Part shown: positions 62,285 to 64,000 of the stretch, piece after piece
How positions within the stretch are numbered: the first letter of the stretch is position 1
How the letters are laid out: each line of letters begins with the position of its first letter
Source of the DNA: Takakia lepidozioides
Taxonomy: Eukaryota > Plantae > Bryophyta
Direction: 5' to 3'
Length of the DNA stretch: 64,000 bases
Assembly: GCA_030704615.1 (NCBI GenBank)
Contig: CM060734.1
Span: 40,176,001 to 40,240,000, forward strand
Program-made: the position numbers and the translations under genes
Notes under the pieces: model-generated
The model's input: only the letters and a program-made list of their open reading frames with translations
Database searches by the model: none
What the model was told of the DNA's origin: nothing

Positions 62285-62979
62285 TGTGTGGACTAGTGAC
62301 TGCCATAGTGGGCAGCATAGTGGCAGCCTAGTGACTGACTAGTTGTAGCCTAGTGGTTGGACTAGTGGCTGGACTAGTGGTGGACTAGTGATATACTAGT
62401 GTGTGGTGTGCACATGTGTTGTGTGGTTTTGGACAGCGATGTAGTTGTGTAGCGATATGTATGCGCACGACAGCTGTCAAGTTATTTTATCACCAGTGTG
62501 AAACTAGCTAGAAAATAGCTAGCTTTTACATATTGACATTTGGGATTGGCCTAAGTGTCAATCCAGGGGTCAAGGCAGATTTAGGCCCTGGAGTGGTTAT
62601 CTTCACGGCAAGCGTGGGAGGCTCATCTTTCTTGAGTTGAGCCTCACCGCGCCTAGCTATGGCGCCGTAGTGTGGATTCCCCATGGCATGGGGTGCACTT
62701 GGCTTGACTTGTATTTGAGTGATGAGGTTATATATGCATGAGTTTATGCTTCAGCTTTGTGAGCTCGCATGAGCTTGTGCTTGTATTCTTCCTCTTTATC
62801 ATTGTGTGGACTAGTGACTGCCATAGTGGGCAGCATAGTGGCAGCCTAGTGACTGACTAGTTGTAGCCTAGTGGTTGGACTAGTGGTTGGACTAGTGGTA
62901 TACTAGTGTGTGGTGTGCATATGTGTTGTGTGGTTTTGGACGGCGATGTTGTTGTGTAGCGATATGTATGCGCACGACA
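62285..62979 (+). repeat. 3' LTR region with A-B-A structure (A = 62285-62472 and 62803-62979)
   Basis: Both A units start TGTGTGGACTAGTGAC, end GCGCACGACA and are rich in ACTAGT. Confidence 0.85.
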
Positions 62980-64000
62980 CTTGATTGTTCTACATTAGGT
63001 TTGACAAGACCAATTGTCTCATCATATTCATACTCCGTTTCTTCATGTTCCTTTGAACATTCAGAGGTAGTATCTATGGGTATCTTGGGGGATTGAGTAG
63101 CGGTAGGAGTTATATCTCCCCCTTCAGCACGAACCAATGATTTTTCATCAAAGATGATATCACGGCTTAAAAACATCTTTTTGGTTTCTTTATCATAGAC
63201 TTTATAAGCTGTTTACCCTTCTTGTTCTCTATATCCAATTAGTATGCATGGAAAACTTTTGTAATCCCACTTCTTTCTCAATTCATCCGGGACATGAATA
63301 TGAGCTGGACACCCAAAAACCCTAAGATTGCTTAAATCGGGTTTCTACCATGCCACACCTCAAATGGGGTAGCATTTGATACTGAGGATGTGAGAGACCG
63401 ATTTTGGAGATAACAGGCAGTAGCCACTGCCTCTGCCCAAAAAGTCTTTGGCAGTTTTGCTAACTTGAGCATACACCGTACACTTTTAACTAGGGTTCTT
63501 TTTTCTTTCTGAAACCCCATTTTGTTGTGGAGTATAGGCAGTAATGAATTGATGCACAATCCCATTGTGTTCACAGAATTGATTAAACTCATTCGATGCA
63601 TATTCACCACCGCCGTCTGATCGAAAAACTTTGATGTTCTTTCCTGTTTGTTTTTCAGCATATGTTTTATAGATCTTGAACTTATCAAACACTTCATTCT
63701 TATGTTTTAGAAAGTAAATTACTGTGAAGCGTGATTTGTCATCTATAAATGTAGCAAAATACCTTGCTTGAGTTTGTATGGGACCGCATATGTATGAATG
63801 AATAATTTCGAGCATATCAATTGCACGAGTTCCTCCACCTTGTGGAAATGCTTGGCGATGCTGCTTCCCTGCCATACAACTCTGGCATATAGACAATTCT
63901 CTTAGTTGTCCACTTAAACCGATAACCATTTCTTTACTTTGCATGTCTTTTATGGTTTTCAAATTTAAGTGACCCAATCTTTGATGCCATAGTCGAGCCT
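62980..64000 (-). mobile_element. Ty1/Copia integrase fragment (runs off the window)
   Basis: WHQRLGHLN, CQSCMAGKQHR, FIDDKSRF, FRSDGGGEY, YTPQQNGVSERK, FWAEAVATACYLQNR, SRDIIFDE; frameshifted. Confidence 0.93.

Larger units (their letters stand above)
58440..62979 (+). mobile_element. 5'-truncated Ty3/Gypsy LTR retrotransposon: C5-DNA methyltransferase remnant, RT, RNase H, integrase, PHD finger, PPT, 3' LTR
   Basis: RT FSTLDLRSGYHQL, FGLKNAPAEFQR, YIDD (59600); RH DWSMLGLGAVL, LVTDHQPLKWL, DADGLSR; IN HEEL.HFG, CMVC, VLTDQGREF; PPT TAGGGGGG at 62273-62280; LTR from 62285. Confidence 0.93.

Overview
Nuclear DNA from a land plant, probably a non-flowering lineage (inference from the half-tRNA-primed Copia and the DNMT-bearing Ty3 element). 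Apparently intact spliced or single-exon genes: a U-box/ARM E3 ligase (54-2751), an F-box gene (3992-5197), plastid-type ABCB28 (11150-19981), a SLAC1/SLAH anion channel (minus, 21358-~23498), the RNA polymerase subunit NRPB10 (minus, 42720-43477; absent from the ORF track) and an uncharacterised plant gene (48589-49185). Many decayed genes lie between them: mitochondrial malate dehydrogenase, DUF1218, an FCP1/NIF-like HAD, an ASR retrocopy, an F-box/kelch gene and a second SLAH. Transposon debris is abundant. Two observations stand out. (1) A 5'-truncated Ty3/Gypsy element (58440-62979) carries the C-terminal motifs IX-X of a DNMT3/DRM-like cytosine methyltransferase upstream of RT and a PHD finger after integrase, i.e. 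a retrotransposon that appears to have encoded its own chromatin writer and reader. (2) A reconstructable rearrangement: one Copia (TSD TAAAC) inserted into a DUF1218 gene, was hit by a 30-bp-TIR DNA transposon next to an FCP1-like gene, and was then split by an inversion. All calls are from reading the sequence by eye; no database searches were run.
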